Shown piece after piece: positions 32,625-43,875 of a stretch of 64,000 bases of DNA. Source of the stretch: Macrostomum lignano (lineage: Eukaryota); assembly GCA_002269645.1 (NCBI GenBank), contig NIVC01001424.1:1-64000 (forward strand), read 5' to 3'. The translations under genes and the position numbers were made by a program. The notes below the pieces were generated by a model. It saw only the letters and a program-made list of their open reading frames with translations. It was not told the origin of the DNA and did not search any database. Within the stretch, counting starts at the first letter, position 1. Each line of letters opens with the position of its first letter.

Positions 32625-33901
32625 TTAAGAGGAATAGTCCAGCAAAAGCTCCCGGTGCTTGGTGACCTCAATCAGCGAGTCATACAGGCACAGAGCGATC
32701 AGGGACACCGTTTCGTCCAGAGCCTGTCGGAAGCGAATCTCCAGCCGCAGGTTGCCCTCCTTCTGTCCGTACCACAGAGCCGCTCTCTCTGGTGTGAGAT
32801 CGAATGCAAACACCGTGTTGTTGTTGGAGAAGAGCTGGTAGGGGATCCACGGGACCGAATTGCTTGCAGATTGACAGCTTTTCAGGTAGTGCAAGTATTC
32901 TCTTACAAAGGAATTGTTTTCAGGTGTGAAGGCGCCGTGGCACACGGTCTCTCCACCTTTCTTTAGAGCCAACCGGCTGAGGTTGAAGCTCTGGAACTGG
33001 AACGGACTCGCGTGATGATGACCGTTGAATGCTCGGTGGCTCACGAAGGCCAGCATGATGAACTTCGGCAATTTTCCATGAGTGAATCCTTCAATGTTTT
33101 TAGATTGAATGCCCTGGGGTAGGATGAAGTTCTGCATTTCAGTTCGCTCGATGGGATACAGTGCATTTTGGTTTGTCAGCCCCTGCTCGTGAGCCAGGCT
33201 GATGTGGGCACCACTTTGACTCGGCGAAGATGCAGAATGCTGTGAGAGATTTCCATGCGATAAGCCGCGTTGTTTACATTCGGGGTTCTGATGGCAAAGG
33301 CCCCATCGCTGGGGACCAGTTTGATGTGCAAGTGCAGATTGCTTAGCAGAAACACTGGGCACTGGAAAACATCGCTGAAGAGCGGCCCCGCATACTCCAT
33401 CCATCGGGATTCCCTGTGGCTCTCCGTGTGCTCTTCAGCTGCAGAGTCCGGCTCCAGGAAGCCAGCAGGGTAAAGTTTTAGTTGCTGGGCATCAGATGAG
33501 CTCATTAGTGCTTTGAAGTACGCATGGTAGGGATAGAGCTGGTCTCCACCAGACACCACTCGCTGGTTAATGCTCACAATTACATCTGAGAAGGCTGTAG
33601 ACAGAACAAAGTTTTCTGGGTGCACATCACTGTCTCTGCGCTCGGTGATGATGCCATCTCCATCTCGAACATCCTCCCTCAGCAAACCCCCATCCAGTCT
33701 CACAAGGCGGCAGCGAATATAAAGAAAAGAATTCAGCAGATCTGTGTATTCATCGGCAGATTGGTGGCAGTCAAATTCAATGGGGGAGTTTGCAGTAATG
33801 GAATTAACTGGGTGAATATCAACATAAGTAGCTTTTTCAATGCAGGTTTGTAGAACGGGCGTTTTAAATAAATCAAGTCTGGGATTGAATCCGTAAGCCA
33901 T
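32625..33901 (-). CDS. Double jelly-roll major capsid protein (one frameshift at ~33207)
   Basis: LDLFKTPVLQTCIE...IHPV...PIEF; YPYHAYFKALM; GPLFSDVF; GKLPKFIMLAFV...FNG...PFQFQ; FAFDLTP; GNLRLEIRF...DSLIEVTKHR. Confidence 0.93.
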
Positions 33902-33903
33902 GT

Positions 33904-34293
33904 CTATGACAGAGAGTCGAGCACGCGTTTCACAGTTTTCTTGCTGACTTTTTGCTTTCGCTTTCCTCCACCTGCTCTATTCTTCTTTGCTTTCGTCTTC
34001 CTATTCTTAAGCTTTTTCCTACTAGCCTTGCTCGGCTTTCTTCCATTGGACCTCTTATTGGGGCGATCGCCACCAGTTGCCTTTCGGGTGCGCTTCTTCT
34101 TCTTCAATCGTTTCGGACTTGCTTCAGTATTTCTTTTGCGCCTGACATTGCTAAGCGTTGAGGATAATGATGTAGCCGCTGGAGGAGGCTGGTATGTCAT
34201 GATCCCAGGAAAGCTCCCACAGCCATAGAGTGCAGGCTTTTCGTGTCCTGTCCTCACCCCCGAATATTGCTGGATCAGCTGCTGGTAGTTCAT
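33904..34293 (-). CDS. Lys/Arg-rich putative DNA-condensing core protein (129 aa)
   Basis: ATG ORF between penton and MCP. N-terminal YGCG/QYSG glycine motifs and a strongly basic C-terminal half. Confidence 0.7.
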   Translation of the reverse strand: MNYQQLIQQYSGVRTGHEKPALYGCGSFPGIMTYQPPPAATSLSSTLSNVRRKRNTEASPKRLKKKKRTRKATGGDRPNKRSNGRKPSKASRKKLKNRKTKAKKNRAGGGKRKQKVSKKTVKRVLDSLS

Positions 34294-35117
34294 TGAATGC
34301 GTTTCTCCCGAATCTGAACTGTGAGCAGAACAGGGCTGTGAGTCTGTGCAATCAGTGGGCAACCATAGATGTCCCGCAGCTGAACTCGAATGCTGTGGAG
34401 AAGACTGATTCGTTGAATCGGGAAGAATATTGTTTTCTTAAATATTTTTGTTTGATAGTTGCCCCATTCAATGCCAGCTTTCATTCCAACTGTTCTCAAC
34501 AAGGAGCCCCAGTTGCAATTAGTTGACTCAACGACACTGCAGTGTACATTGATTAAGCTGGTGCGCGGACAGCCAATGCAATGCTCGGACACGCGGCTCC
34601 CTGGCTGGATTTTCACAGCCTGGTTTCCAAATCCCAGCCAATGCAGAATTTTGCTGGATGGGAGAAACAGCTCTGCTCTCGCAGTGTTGTTGTGCACCAC
34701 AGTTCGTGAGTTGCGGATTTCGAACTTCATACCAAATTCCCTGTTGCCACTACGCCCCATCAGGCCGGACTCATCAGCCTCCATCTCAGACTCCCTGTCA
34801 CTCATCGCATCAAAGAACAGCGAATCAGAGTTGGCCAGCAGCTCATTCAGGCGCTCCACCAGCTCCTCCACTCTAGCAAAGCGTCCGGGTTGAAGAACCA
34901 GGGCCTCATGCTCTCTTCCATCTGAGACAGTGAAGCAGTAAGGCTCGTCAACATTGAACCATGCAGCAGGCAGATGGATTTCAGCCAGACCTGCCTCATA
35001 GTCCACATTTCGATCCAAGTAAATAGGTGAAGACAGGTAAAAATTAAAGTCACTAGGAGTACCTTCAGCATGCTCACTGTTAATCAAAATAGTTCGCATT
35101 ATAAAGATAAACTTCAT
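34290..35117 (-). CDS. Minor capsid (penton) protein, intact
   Basis: PSDFNFYLSSPIYL...YEAGLAEIHLPAAWFN; PGRF; INVHCSVVES; FFPI...SIRVQLRDIYG.PL. Confidence 0.88.
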   Translation of the reverse strand: MKFIFIMRTILINSEHAEGTPSDFNFYLSSPIYLDRNVDYEAGLAEIHLPAAWFNVDEPYCFTVSDGREHEALVLQPGRFARVEELVERLNELLANSDSLFFDAMSDRESEMEADESGLMGRSGNREFGMKFEIRNSRTVVHNNTARAELFLPSSKILHWLGFGNQAVKIQPGSRVSEHCIGCPRTSLINVHCSVVESTNCNWGSLLRTVGMKAGIEWGNYQTKIFKKTIFFPIQRISLLHSIRVQLRDIYGCPLIAQTHSPVLLTVQIREKRIQ

Positions 35118-35147
35118 GATGAGGGATGTGCCAAAGCTAAACCTTTC

Positions 35148-36203
35148 TTAAGTTTTTTCATCCACCCAGCCAGTCGAGTCGTAGCCGGCCCACTTCACCA
35201 GATAGCGAATTTTTCCCTTCCGCTTCTCCGTTTTCAGGATCTTCTCAATCACATACAGCCGCTGTGAGTCCGGGACAGCCTGCAGCTCGTGCTCATGGAA
35301 GAGTCCTCGAATCTCTTCCCCCCGCATGTCTTTAATCTTGTACATGTAGGGATAATGTTTTGGGGCTCTGCTCACCACGGTGTACACTTCCTCACTCCAG
35401 CTCGCTTTGTATCCCTTTTTGAATAGCCGTGGAGCATTGGAAATTCTCACTGACTGGTTTTCAGCGAATTTAGGCTTCCTTAATTTTTCTAGAGTCTCGA
35501 CTGCTTTTCCGTCGTACAGGTTCATCCACACTTCAGATTCATTCTCTTTGCAGACACTAGTGGGTGCCATTTTGATGCTTCTGTGATAGGTATTGTTGTA
35601 AGATTTTACCAGCTTAGGCAGCACATCAAGCCAGTGCAGTGTACTCTTGTAGGTGAAGTAGCGCCACATTCTACTTTTCAGAGTTCGATTCCATCGCTCA
35701 ATGACAGCCGCCTTCTGCTCGCTGTTAGTTGGGAAAGCCAGAATCCCTCTGTCAATGCAGTATTGACGGAAAGTGGAGTTGATAAATTCCTTCCCCTGAT
35801 CTGTGCGAACTGTGCGTGGCTGGCGCTTTGAACTTCTCAGTATGCTCTCGAATGCTGACTTCACTTCTGTAGCAGTTTTATTTTTCAGTGCCTTGGCCCA
35901 AGCACACTTTGACAGTACGTCAATACATGTAAGAATATATTTGTAGCCTTTATTATACTTTGCGAATGGAATCATTTCTACCAAGTCAAGTTCCCACTGA
36001 TCATCGATAGCCCGCACTATGATTGGGGCCCTTGGATATCGCCTCCTAGCTGGCTTGTGTAGGGTGTGCACTGGCTGCTCACTGAGCCACTGTTCTATGC
36101 ACTTAGTGGATATGCGATCTCCTCTTCTCCTAACTTCATTCAACAGTTTGGAAGCACTAGAAAAACTAGCCGGCTGTTGTGGGTCAAAGTAAATTTTTTC
36201 CAT
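35148..36203 (-). CDS. Retroviral-like DDE integrase with C-terminal chromodomain, intact
   Basis: WELDLVEM, IDVLSK, RTDQGKEF, VIERWNRTLK, YHRSIKMAP, FKKGY..SWSEEVY and YVIEKIL...YLVKWAGY. Confidence 0.96.
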   Translation of the reverse strand: MEKIYFDPQQPASFSSASKLLNEVRRRGDRISTKCIEQWLSEQPVHTLHKPARRRYPRAPIIVRAIDDQWELDLVEMIPFAKYNKGYKYILTCIDVLSKCAWAKALKNKTATEVKSAFESILRSSKRQPRTVRTDQGKEFINSTFRQYCIDRGILAFPTNSEQKAAVIERWNRTLKSRMWRYFTYKSTLHWLDVLPKLVKSYNNTYHRSIKMAPTSVCKENESEVWMNLYDGKAVETLEKLRKPKFAENQSVRISNAPRLFKKGYKASWSEEVYTVVSRAPKHYPYMYKIKDMRGEEIRGLFHEHELQAVPDSQRLYVIEKILKTEKRKGKIRYLVKWAGYDSTGWVDEKT

Positions 36204-36571
36204 CCTCAAATGAAAAAGAACCAGATGTACACAGGTATGTTTTTCTTAAGAACAACGATTGGCGTTTTAAAAGACAGGTTTTATTCCAATATTAAACTCA
36301 TACAGCGTACACTTATTATATTTTTTTAACTTAGGGACTGCGAACAGTTGGTGATCTTAAAAAGAAGATTGCAGGAAATAGTTACACTGAGTAGTGCAAA
36401 TAAGTATAAACTGCATGCATTTAAGTATAAACTTGGTTTGTTAACACCTGAATAAATAAGACTAAACGGTTACGACAATTGTCAAAACTTAACTTAGCTG
36501 AATAAAATTAGACAAAAGCAAACCAAACTGAATTATCCTTTGAGTCTCATCAGTCTCATCCAACCTCCAGC

Positions 36572-37303
36572 TCAGTCTTCAAAACGCAGCTTAGACACCT
36601 TCATTGTCTCCTGCCTGCGCAGAGGATACGGCAGTTTTCGCTTCCGATTGTTCTCCACCTCAGCGGCATGAGCCCGGAATCGGTACCACACCGGATCCTG
36701 CTGTAGGTCCGTGTCCTCCGCCGGGATGTTCCCAGTCGATGTGCCGGCTCTGGCCAAAGGTGTGGAAGTCACAGCCTCGATGTCGGTTGTCAGCTCCGAT
36801 GGTGAGCCGACCTCCTCCTCGCCTTCAGCAGCCTCAGTCTTGACCGGCAGTATGAGGGTGGCGTCTTCGTCCTCATCTTCGGATGAGCTCAGCTCGTACT
36901 TCGCCCCCGCACCTTGGTAGGGCTCTGATAGCTGCTGGTCTATCCAGTCCGAAGTCTGCCACAGCTTCTGCCAGAGCCTCGGAGACAGCGGCACGGTGTT
37001 GCGCTTCATAAATTCATCACAGCAGTCCTCAGGCAGCCGCTTCAGCCAGATGAGGCCATCCTTGACTTGAACAAATTTGTCGAAGCCCAGCTTGATGACC
37101 TTGAGCTCGTTGTTCAGAGCCGACTTCACCAGGGAGCGCTTTAACTCCTTTAGCTTCGTCCACTGCTGCACATTCAAGTTGAAACCAGGAACACCAGGCT
37201 TGAGGCTTGCTGTGCTGCCATGTCGGTAAAACTTCCTGATCGCGATGTATTTCTGGCCTTCGAATTCTTGCACCTGCACTCTGTAACCTTCACTAATATC
37301 CAT
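36572..37303 (-). CDS. PC4/Sub1-like protein (one clear plus one degenerate PC4 domain, acidic tail), intact
   Basis: YRVQVQEFEGQKYIAIRKFY...KPGVPGFNLNVQQWTKLKE matches the PC4 core. Second repeat LGFDKFVQV...IWLKRL...TVPLSPRLWQKL. Confidence 0.85.
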   Translation of the reverse strand: MDISEGYRVQVQEFEGQKYIAIRKFYRHGSTASLKPGVPGFNLNVQQWTKLKELKRSLVKSALNNELKVIKLGFDKFVQVKDGLIWLKRLPEDCCDEFMKRNTVPLSPRLWQKLWQTSDWIDQQLSEPYQGAGAKYELSSSEDEDEDATLILPVKTEAAEGEEEVGSPSELTTDIEAVTSTPLARAGTSTGNIPAEDTDLQQDPVWYRFRAHAAEVENNRKRKLPYPLRRQETMKVSKLRFED

Positions 37304-37387
37304 AGTTCACACAAAATCACTTCGAAAACTTGTGAAATCGAATTCAAGAAAAAAATAGATTTACCGTTGAATTTAAAAAATCGGGGG

Positions 37388-37395
37388 CTTATATA
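37388..37395 (-). promoter_or_regulatory. TATATAAG box upstream of the PC4-like gene
   Basis: About 90 nt upstream of the ATG at 37303, just inside the right TIR array. Confidence 0.55.
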
Positions 37396-37544
37396 CCCTC
37401 AAAGCGGAGTGGGGTGGGTGTCAGAATGAGCACCCACCCCTTTTTTGCTTATTCGGCATCAAGCAGCGGCTGCTCGTCGGCATCAGCCACACAACCCGTT
37501 ACAAAGTTTATTGCTCATTTATTAACAATGCCAGTGCGCCTTGA

Positions 37545-38504
37545 GCCCACCTCTCTGTACCTGCACATTAAAGTGCGGCAGAGTTGAACAACTGTTTTAG
37601 AGCTCACATCTCTGTCCCTGCACAGTGAAAGTGCGGCAGAGTTGAACAACTGTTTTAGAGCTCACCTCTCTGTCCCTGCACAGTGAAAGTGCGGCAGAGT
37701 TGAACAACTGTTTTAGAGCTCACCTCTCTGTCCCTGCACAGTGAAAGTGCGGCAGAGTTGAACAACTGTTTTAGAGCTCACCTCTCTGTCCCTGCACAGT
37801 GAAAGTGCGGCAGAGTTGAACAACTGTTTTAGAGCTCACCTCTCTGTCCCTGCACAGTGAAAGTGCGGCAGAGTTGAACAACTGTTTTAGAGCTCACCTC
37901 TCTGTCCCTGCACAGTGAAAGTGCGGCAGAGTTGAACAACTGTTTTAGAGCTCACCTCTCTGTCCCTGCACAGTGAAAGTGCGGCAGAGTTGAACAACTG
38001 TTTTAGAGCCCACCAACAACCTCACCTCCACTCCAAACCCTACCCTTTCCACTCAAGCCCCGCACCCGTTACAAAGTTTATTACCCATTTATTATCAATG
38101 CCAGTCGCGCCAGAGGCAGACACTCAAGAGCGGAGCCTCTCTCCGCTTAGAGTTGCATAGGCATTGCTATACAATAAGCACATTGGAGGATGGTGAGGAG
38201 TTGCATAGGCCAGGCACAAAATTGAGGTGGAAGTTTCCACGCCACGCCTACCTTGCTTTAATTTGTTTACTCTGCTATTCCAAAAACCTTCCAATTCTTT
38301 GCTTTGCTTTGCTACCTGCCCCTCCCAGTGCGGCAGAGTTGCATAAGCGTTTCACCACCCGCGCCGCCCAGCCAATCACACCCACCCCACGCCCCTTATT
38401 TCCATTGGCTATCTCAGCTGGCTCTTTTACGCCCTCCTATCCTTTTACATTACCGCCTATCTCCGCAGTGCAAGTGCGGCAGAGTTGCATAAACTCATAC
38501 TACT
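37545..38504 (-). repeat. Right TIR including ~8 copies of the 58-bp unit (~37545-38010)
   Basis: Reverse complement of the left TIR. The outer ~105 bp are identical; the inner part has indels. Confidence 0.92.
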
Positions 38505-38510
38505 GCTAGG
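38505..38510. other. Right 6-bp target-site duplication GCTAGG
   Basis: Identical to 21141-21146. Confidence 0.95.
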
Positions 38511-38967
38511 CTAGATATTGCATATAAATCCAAGAAAAATCAATCAACATGAAGGCAGTCTTGCTCCCGACGTCTCGCATCATAGCAGCTCAAGAGTTTG
38601 CCTTTGTCTGTGAGTTCAGGCAAATTAGCTAGCTCGCGTTTTAAGAAGCTCACTAGCAATCTTCCCCTCTCCCCGTTCGGAAAGCAACAAGAGAAATAAA
38701 AAAACATCTGGATAAACTACATTACCATTTTTCCATCTGCGTTCACCATTGTTATTCTCTCAGGAAAATGACGTTTAAAGGAAAAAAGCATCCACCCGGA
38801 ACGCCAACTGTCTGGCCTAGAATATCAGATGTTCCAGGAGCTTTGGCTCTAAGCATGTGAATAACTCCAATGAGCCAACGCATTTCAGAAATTCCCCCTG
38901 TTAGCGTTGACATCCTAGCTATTTTCCCCATGTGTCTTTTACGGTCGAAAGGGCGATTCTTATATGG

Positions 38968-39810
38968 TTGACATGTCGCTTCTTTTCTGTTAGACCATGT
39001 CGCTTCTTTTCTGTTTCACCATGTTGCTACTTTTATGTTTCACCATGTCGCTTCTTTTATGTTTGACCATGTCGCTTCTTTTCTGTTTCACCATGTTGCT
39101 ACTTTTATGTTTGACCATGTCGCTTCTTTTCTGTTTCACCATGTTGCTACTTTTATGTTTGACCATGTCGCTTCTTTTATGTTTGACCATGTCGCTTCTT
39201 TTATGTTTGACCATGTCGCTTCTTTTATGTTTGACCATGTCGCTTCTTTTCTGTTTGACCATGTTGCTACTTTTATGTTTGACCATGTCGCTTCTTTTAT
39301 GTTTGACCATGTCGCTTCTTTTATGTTTGACCATGTCGCTTCTTTTCTGTTTGACCATGTCGCTTCTTTTCTGTTTGACCATGTCGCTTCTTTTCTGTTT
39401 CACCATGTTGCTACTTTTATGTTTGACCATGTCGCTTCTCTTATGTTTGACCATGTCGCTTCTCTTATGTTTCACCATGTTGCTACTTTTATGTTTGACC
39501 ATGTCGCTTCTTTTCTGTTTCACCATGTTGCTTCTTTTATGTTTGACCATGTCGCTTCTTTTATGTTTGACCATGTCGCTTCTTTTATGTTTGACCATGT
39601 CGCTTCTTTTATGTTTGACCATGTCGCTTCTTTTACGTTTGACCATGTCGCTTCTTTTCTGTTTCACCATGTTGCTACTTTTATGTTTCACCATGTCGCT
39701 TCTTTTATGTTTCACCATGTCGCTTCTTTTATGTTTGACCATGTCGCTTCTTTTATGGTTGACCATGTCGCTTCTTTTATGTTTGACCACGTCGCTTTTT
39801 TATGTTTGAG
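38968..39810. repeat. 24-bp minisatellite, ~35 copies
   Basis: Unit TTTGACCATGTCGCTTCTTTTATG with variants. Confidence 0.96.
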
Positions 39811-40353
39811 AAGCGCTTTTATGTGACTCAGCAGCCGCTGAAGAATAGTTCTGCCAAATTTCATATACTAGCTAGTTTATTAACTGATCGGAATGTAGAG
39901 AACTGTAAATCATCATAACGCACTACTTTGAAGTAATATTCTAATAAAATCTATTTAAACAGAAGTGACTCAGAGCCCTACGGTAGGACCAACGTTTTTT
40001 GATCAATCAAACATACGCGACCTAAGTAAATAACGGGGTTTAAATCAGTTTTCCACCAAAATTTTACTATAAATGTAGGAGAAAATCCGAGTAAAAAAAA
40101 TCAGACTCAGAGCGGTCTCAAGCAATACCTTGTAATACGTTAACTAAGAAGATCCATATCTCCGAGAGAAGAAATCCGGACAGATTGGTAAGCGTTTCCC
40201 GATTTAGTTCTTTGCTATAGCACAAATAAGTTGATAAATTGAGTTTATGAGAGCCACTTATTGTCGACACATTTGAGAAAGGCCTCCTTGTTTCCTAGGA
40301 TACATTCCTAGAGGATTTATTGATTTGAATTGAGTTATCCGTTGCGTTTCGGA

Positions 40354-42060
40354 TGTAACGAAGAAGATGCCCTTCAGGAGGACTTGTTACAGATACGAAA
40401 ATAATTCAATTGTTCATAAGGGCGTCACGTTCTATTGTGAATTCCGAGCTCGAGGACCGTCAAGAATTCTGATTCGCTCTCGTTTTGGTCGACCCACAGA
40501 TAAAGTTATGGACTCCAGAAGACAACAGCTGTTCACAGGAACCAGCTGCCGCCACCGCTCAGCAAAGCGAGCCAGCCCTACAAACAACAGGACTCCGCCG
40601 AATACCGACCGCAAGAGGATCCGCTACAGTAAGAGTTATTCGATTTCGTATATACCTAGGCATTTGTTCCCCTGTGTAAAAGTGGGAGATATTGAGTGAC
40701 TGATCACCACTCAATATAAACTCTTCAACTGGTGATCTCGCCCAGGCCTAACTCAGGCTCGATCCCAGGCCTAACTCAGGCTCGATCCCAGGCCTAACTC
40801 AGGCTCGATCCCAGGCCTAACTCAGGCTCGATCCCAGGCCTAACTCAGGCTCGATCCCAGGCCTAACTCAGGCTCGATCCCAGGCCTAACTCAAGCTCGA
40901 TCCCAGGCCTAACTCAGGCTCGATCCCAGGCCTAACTCAGGCTCGATCCCAGGCCTAACTCAGGCTCGATCCCAGGCCTAACTCAGGCTCGATCCCAGGC
41001 CTAACTCAGGCTCGATCCCAGGCCTAACTCAGGCTCGATCCCAGGCCTAACTCAGGCTTGATCCCAGGCCTAACTCAGGCTCGATCCCAGGCCTAACTCA
41101 GGCTCGATCCCAGGCCTAACTCAGGCTCGATCCCAGGCCTAACTCAGGCTCGATCCCAGGCCTAACTCAGGCACGTCAGGCTAAATCATTCCAGACCAGG
41201 CGAGACTGCTAAAAACACCTGGACACAAAATAAAATTTATGCATTGCGTAACCCTACTGAATTTTTCGTGCCGGCCTACCATTGTTTGCATATAAACCCT
41301 ATGATTCACCGCACAACTCAGCTGTTCAATTTTGTGAATATCTCATTATTTCAATCACCCCCTTTCTCTTTGATAAAGTCGTTATATAGAAAATTTTGCC
41401 CTCGCCTTTTTCGCTTCCTCCTGAGTAAATAACAGCCGCGCCCGCACACACACACACAACACACACCCCCCACCCATTGCTCACCACTTTGAGAGGTCAA
41501 TCTGGAAAATCCTTTGGAAATTGACCCCAATCTTGACTTTCCACCATTTCCATTTGAAAATATGGCTCGAAGAAACCCTACAGTGCATCGTGATGTTAAT
41601 GAAACTGTTGGAATGTATACCATGGATAAGGACTTTAACACCTTCATTGAACACTTTGACCTTGTAACTCGCGAAAACGGACTACTACAAAATCTAGAAA
41701 AGGCACTTCTTCTTCCTCCACTGCTAGAAGGTACTGCTCGAGAAATTTATGGCAAACTAAATGCTCCTGCCCAGCAATTCGCCAGATGGGGAACCAATCT
41801 ATCTGTGCTTCTACACAAACTTCATTATCGAAAAATGAGTCCGACGGAATCCTAGCTTCCCTGCAATTACCTTCGTCGATGATGTTCGCAAAATTATTAA
41901 AGCGTTGCAATTGCACCAGCCACCACCACCGAACCCATGAGCTCAACCTATCGGACCAGCAAAACTAGCTGCACGAGAAAGACAACGCCTTGCTGATCGA
42001 GAACAAAGCCTAATCCTCCAAGTCATTAATAATGCTCAACCTTGTCTGCGAGACAGGTTG
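40354..42060 (+). mobile_element. LTR retrotransposon remnant: putative 5' LTR (40354-40727), PBS-like TGG, degenerate gag
   Basis: TGTAAC...CTCTTCA followed by ACTGGTGATC. The ORF at 41562 (DFNTFIEHFDLVTRENGL...KALLLPPLLEGTAREIYGKL) resembles a Ty3/gypsy gag N-terminus. No pol and no second LTR seen. Confidence 0.5.
40741..41172. repeat. 23-bp minisatellite, ~19 copies, in the putative LTR-element leader
   Basis: Unit CCCAGGCCTAACTCAGGCTCGAT. Confidence 0.96.
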
Positions 42061-42538
42061 TTAAGAGAAACTATTGAGACAGAGGAACAGAAAGTTGAGA
42101 AGCAAGTTCCCCACGGGGCGCTATCACAAACCCTAAAAATCACATTCTCTAAAAGCAACCTACATCACAAACCCTAAATATCATAACCCCTAAATATCAC
42201 ATTCTCTAAATTCCAAAATTCCAAATTCCAGATATTTAGGGGGTTATTGTATTTAGGGTTTGTGCAGCTGGTGTGTCTTGTAAAATTATAGATTCAATTG
42301 CTTAAGAATTTACGTACTTAGCTCGTATGCTCTTTTTCCATCAGATGCTACTTGAAGTATAATTCAACATGACCAATACCACGCGCTGCTCGTAAAAATA
42401 TGTAAATACCTCGTACACTATTCCTCTACCTACGGTTCTAGGTGCTACATCTATTATCCTTACAAGAAATTAAAAATGAACTCTTCCAATACGTTAACGA
42501 TATGGTCCTTCACCCATGCCCCATTGACTGTACAACGC

Positions 42539-43875
42539 ATTGGAGCAGCTGCGGATCTCCTGAACTCTCCCAAGGCTTGGGTTTGAGTTGTCAGGTGTTG
42601 GCAGGTGTTTAGGGATAAAAAATGTCGTGCTACATAGCGGCAGTCAAAAGCTGGTAAGACTTTCGCCCGCACGCAGACCCCGGAATTGTTTGCTGAACGC
42701 TGTTTCATGCCAACTAAGAAAGTTTTAGACAATTTCCTAACTTTTCTGAAACACCTTTTAGGCCTTACTATAGAGTTGGAACCATTATAGACAGATGTAG
42801 AAGTATATTGGGCTACTCATGAAAAGGTTATTGAGGCCGTCCTATTCATGGCATCTCTTTGAAATTTGAGCACAAATCAACTACATGGTCTATAGGCATT
42901 TTTCTACAGGCATTAGTATACGGGCATTTGTCTAATGGGCATTTGTCTAATGGGCATTTGCCTATGGGCATTTGTCTATGGGCATTTGTCTATGGGCATT
43001 TGCCTATGGGCATTTGTCTATGGGCATTTGTCTATGGGCATTTGTCTACGGGCATTTGTCTATGGACATTTGTCTATGGCTATTTATCTGTGGATGATTT
43101 TTACGTCATTCTGGCTTCCCTTCGGCCGCCTATCAAAACTCAACACAAACCTGAACAAATGGAATGAAAAAAAATCACGCAGGTAAATACTTATTCAACA
43201 TGCTCTACATAATCTAAACTTAAATTTAAATATTTTTATTACTACAATCTATATTACTTATAATAGTTTAAACGGGTAACGCGATTATCTAAAGTCACGT
43301 GTGCCCTGCCAGCTTCCAACTTTCCGCACAGCATGTACTTTTATCTCAGCCCCGGGGGCAGAGCCGGTCGCCTGTACGAAATGCGTCTGGCTCTAGCTCA
43401 ACGAGTTCCTGGGCTCGATTCCGTGAGCAGCCACATTCTGTAGAATCTTAAAAAAGCTGCTTAGAGTTTATTCCTCCCAGAGAAACTGGTTGACAACAAA
43501 AAACGCAAAACACTGCTTTGCAATTACAGAGTCAAGCAGCCATAGCATTGTCTTATTGTTGAAAAAATGTTCAATTGCTTTGCATTGAGAGCTGATTGAA
43601 TAGAAAATTGCTGTAACCCGAAAGACTTTGAAATTACAGGAGAGGAAAATAGAATTCTTGTTTTCTACCAGTTGAACCAGTTTTTTACCCTAAATATTTT
43701 AAGAGGGAACGAAAATTCCACGTCTTTCCAGACGAAAATTCCAGACTGAACGATAAGCAACCTCAGAGCTAGACACCAACACCGTAGTTGACTGGCATTG
43801 AACTTAACTCACTATTAAATTTTTTTTAAATCCCACAAAACCTAGAAACACAACACTTCAGCTGGAAAGTCAACC
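42539..43875 (+). mobile_element. Unclassified dispersed element, copy 2 (paralog of 14290-15757)
   Basis: Colinear similarity; (GGGCATTTGTCTAT)n at ~42921-43085. Confidence 0.7.

Larger units (their letters stand above)
21147..38504. mobile_element. Full-length Polinton/Maverick (endogenous virus-like element), 17,358 bp
   Basis: Starts AGTAGTATGAG and ends CTCATACTACT, with a 6-bp TSD and long TIRs. Encodes pPolB, integrase, ATPase, protease, and major and minor capsid proteins. Confidence 0.97.

Noticed and set aside
38990-39826. Three long repetitive ORFs (MVKHKRSD, MSLLLCLT, FDHVASFM)
   Set aside because: By-product of a stop-free 24-bp minisatellite open in several frames.
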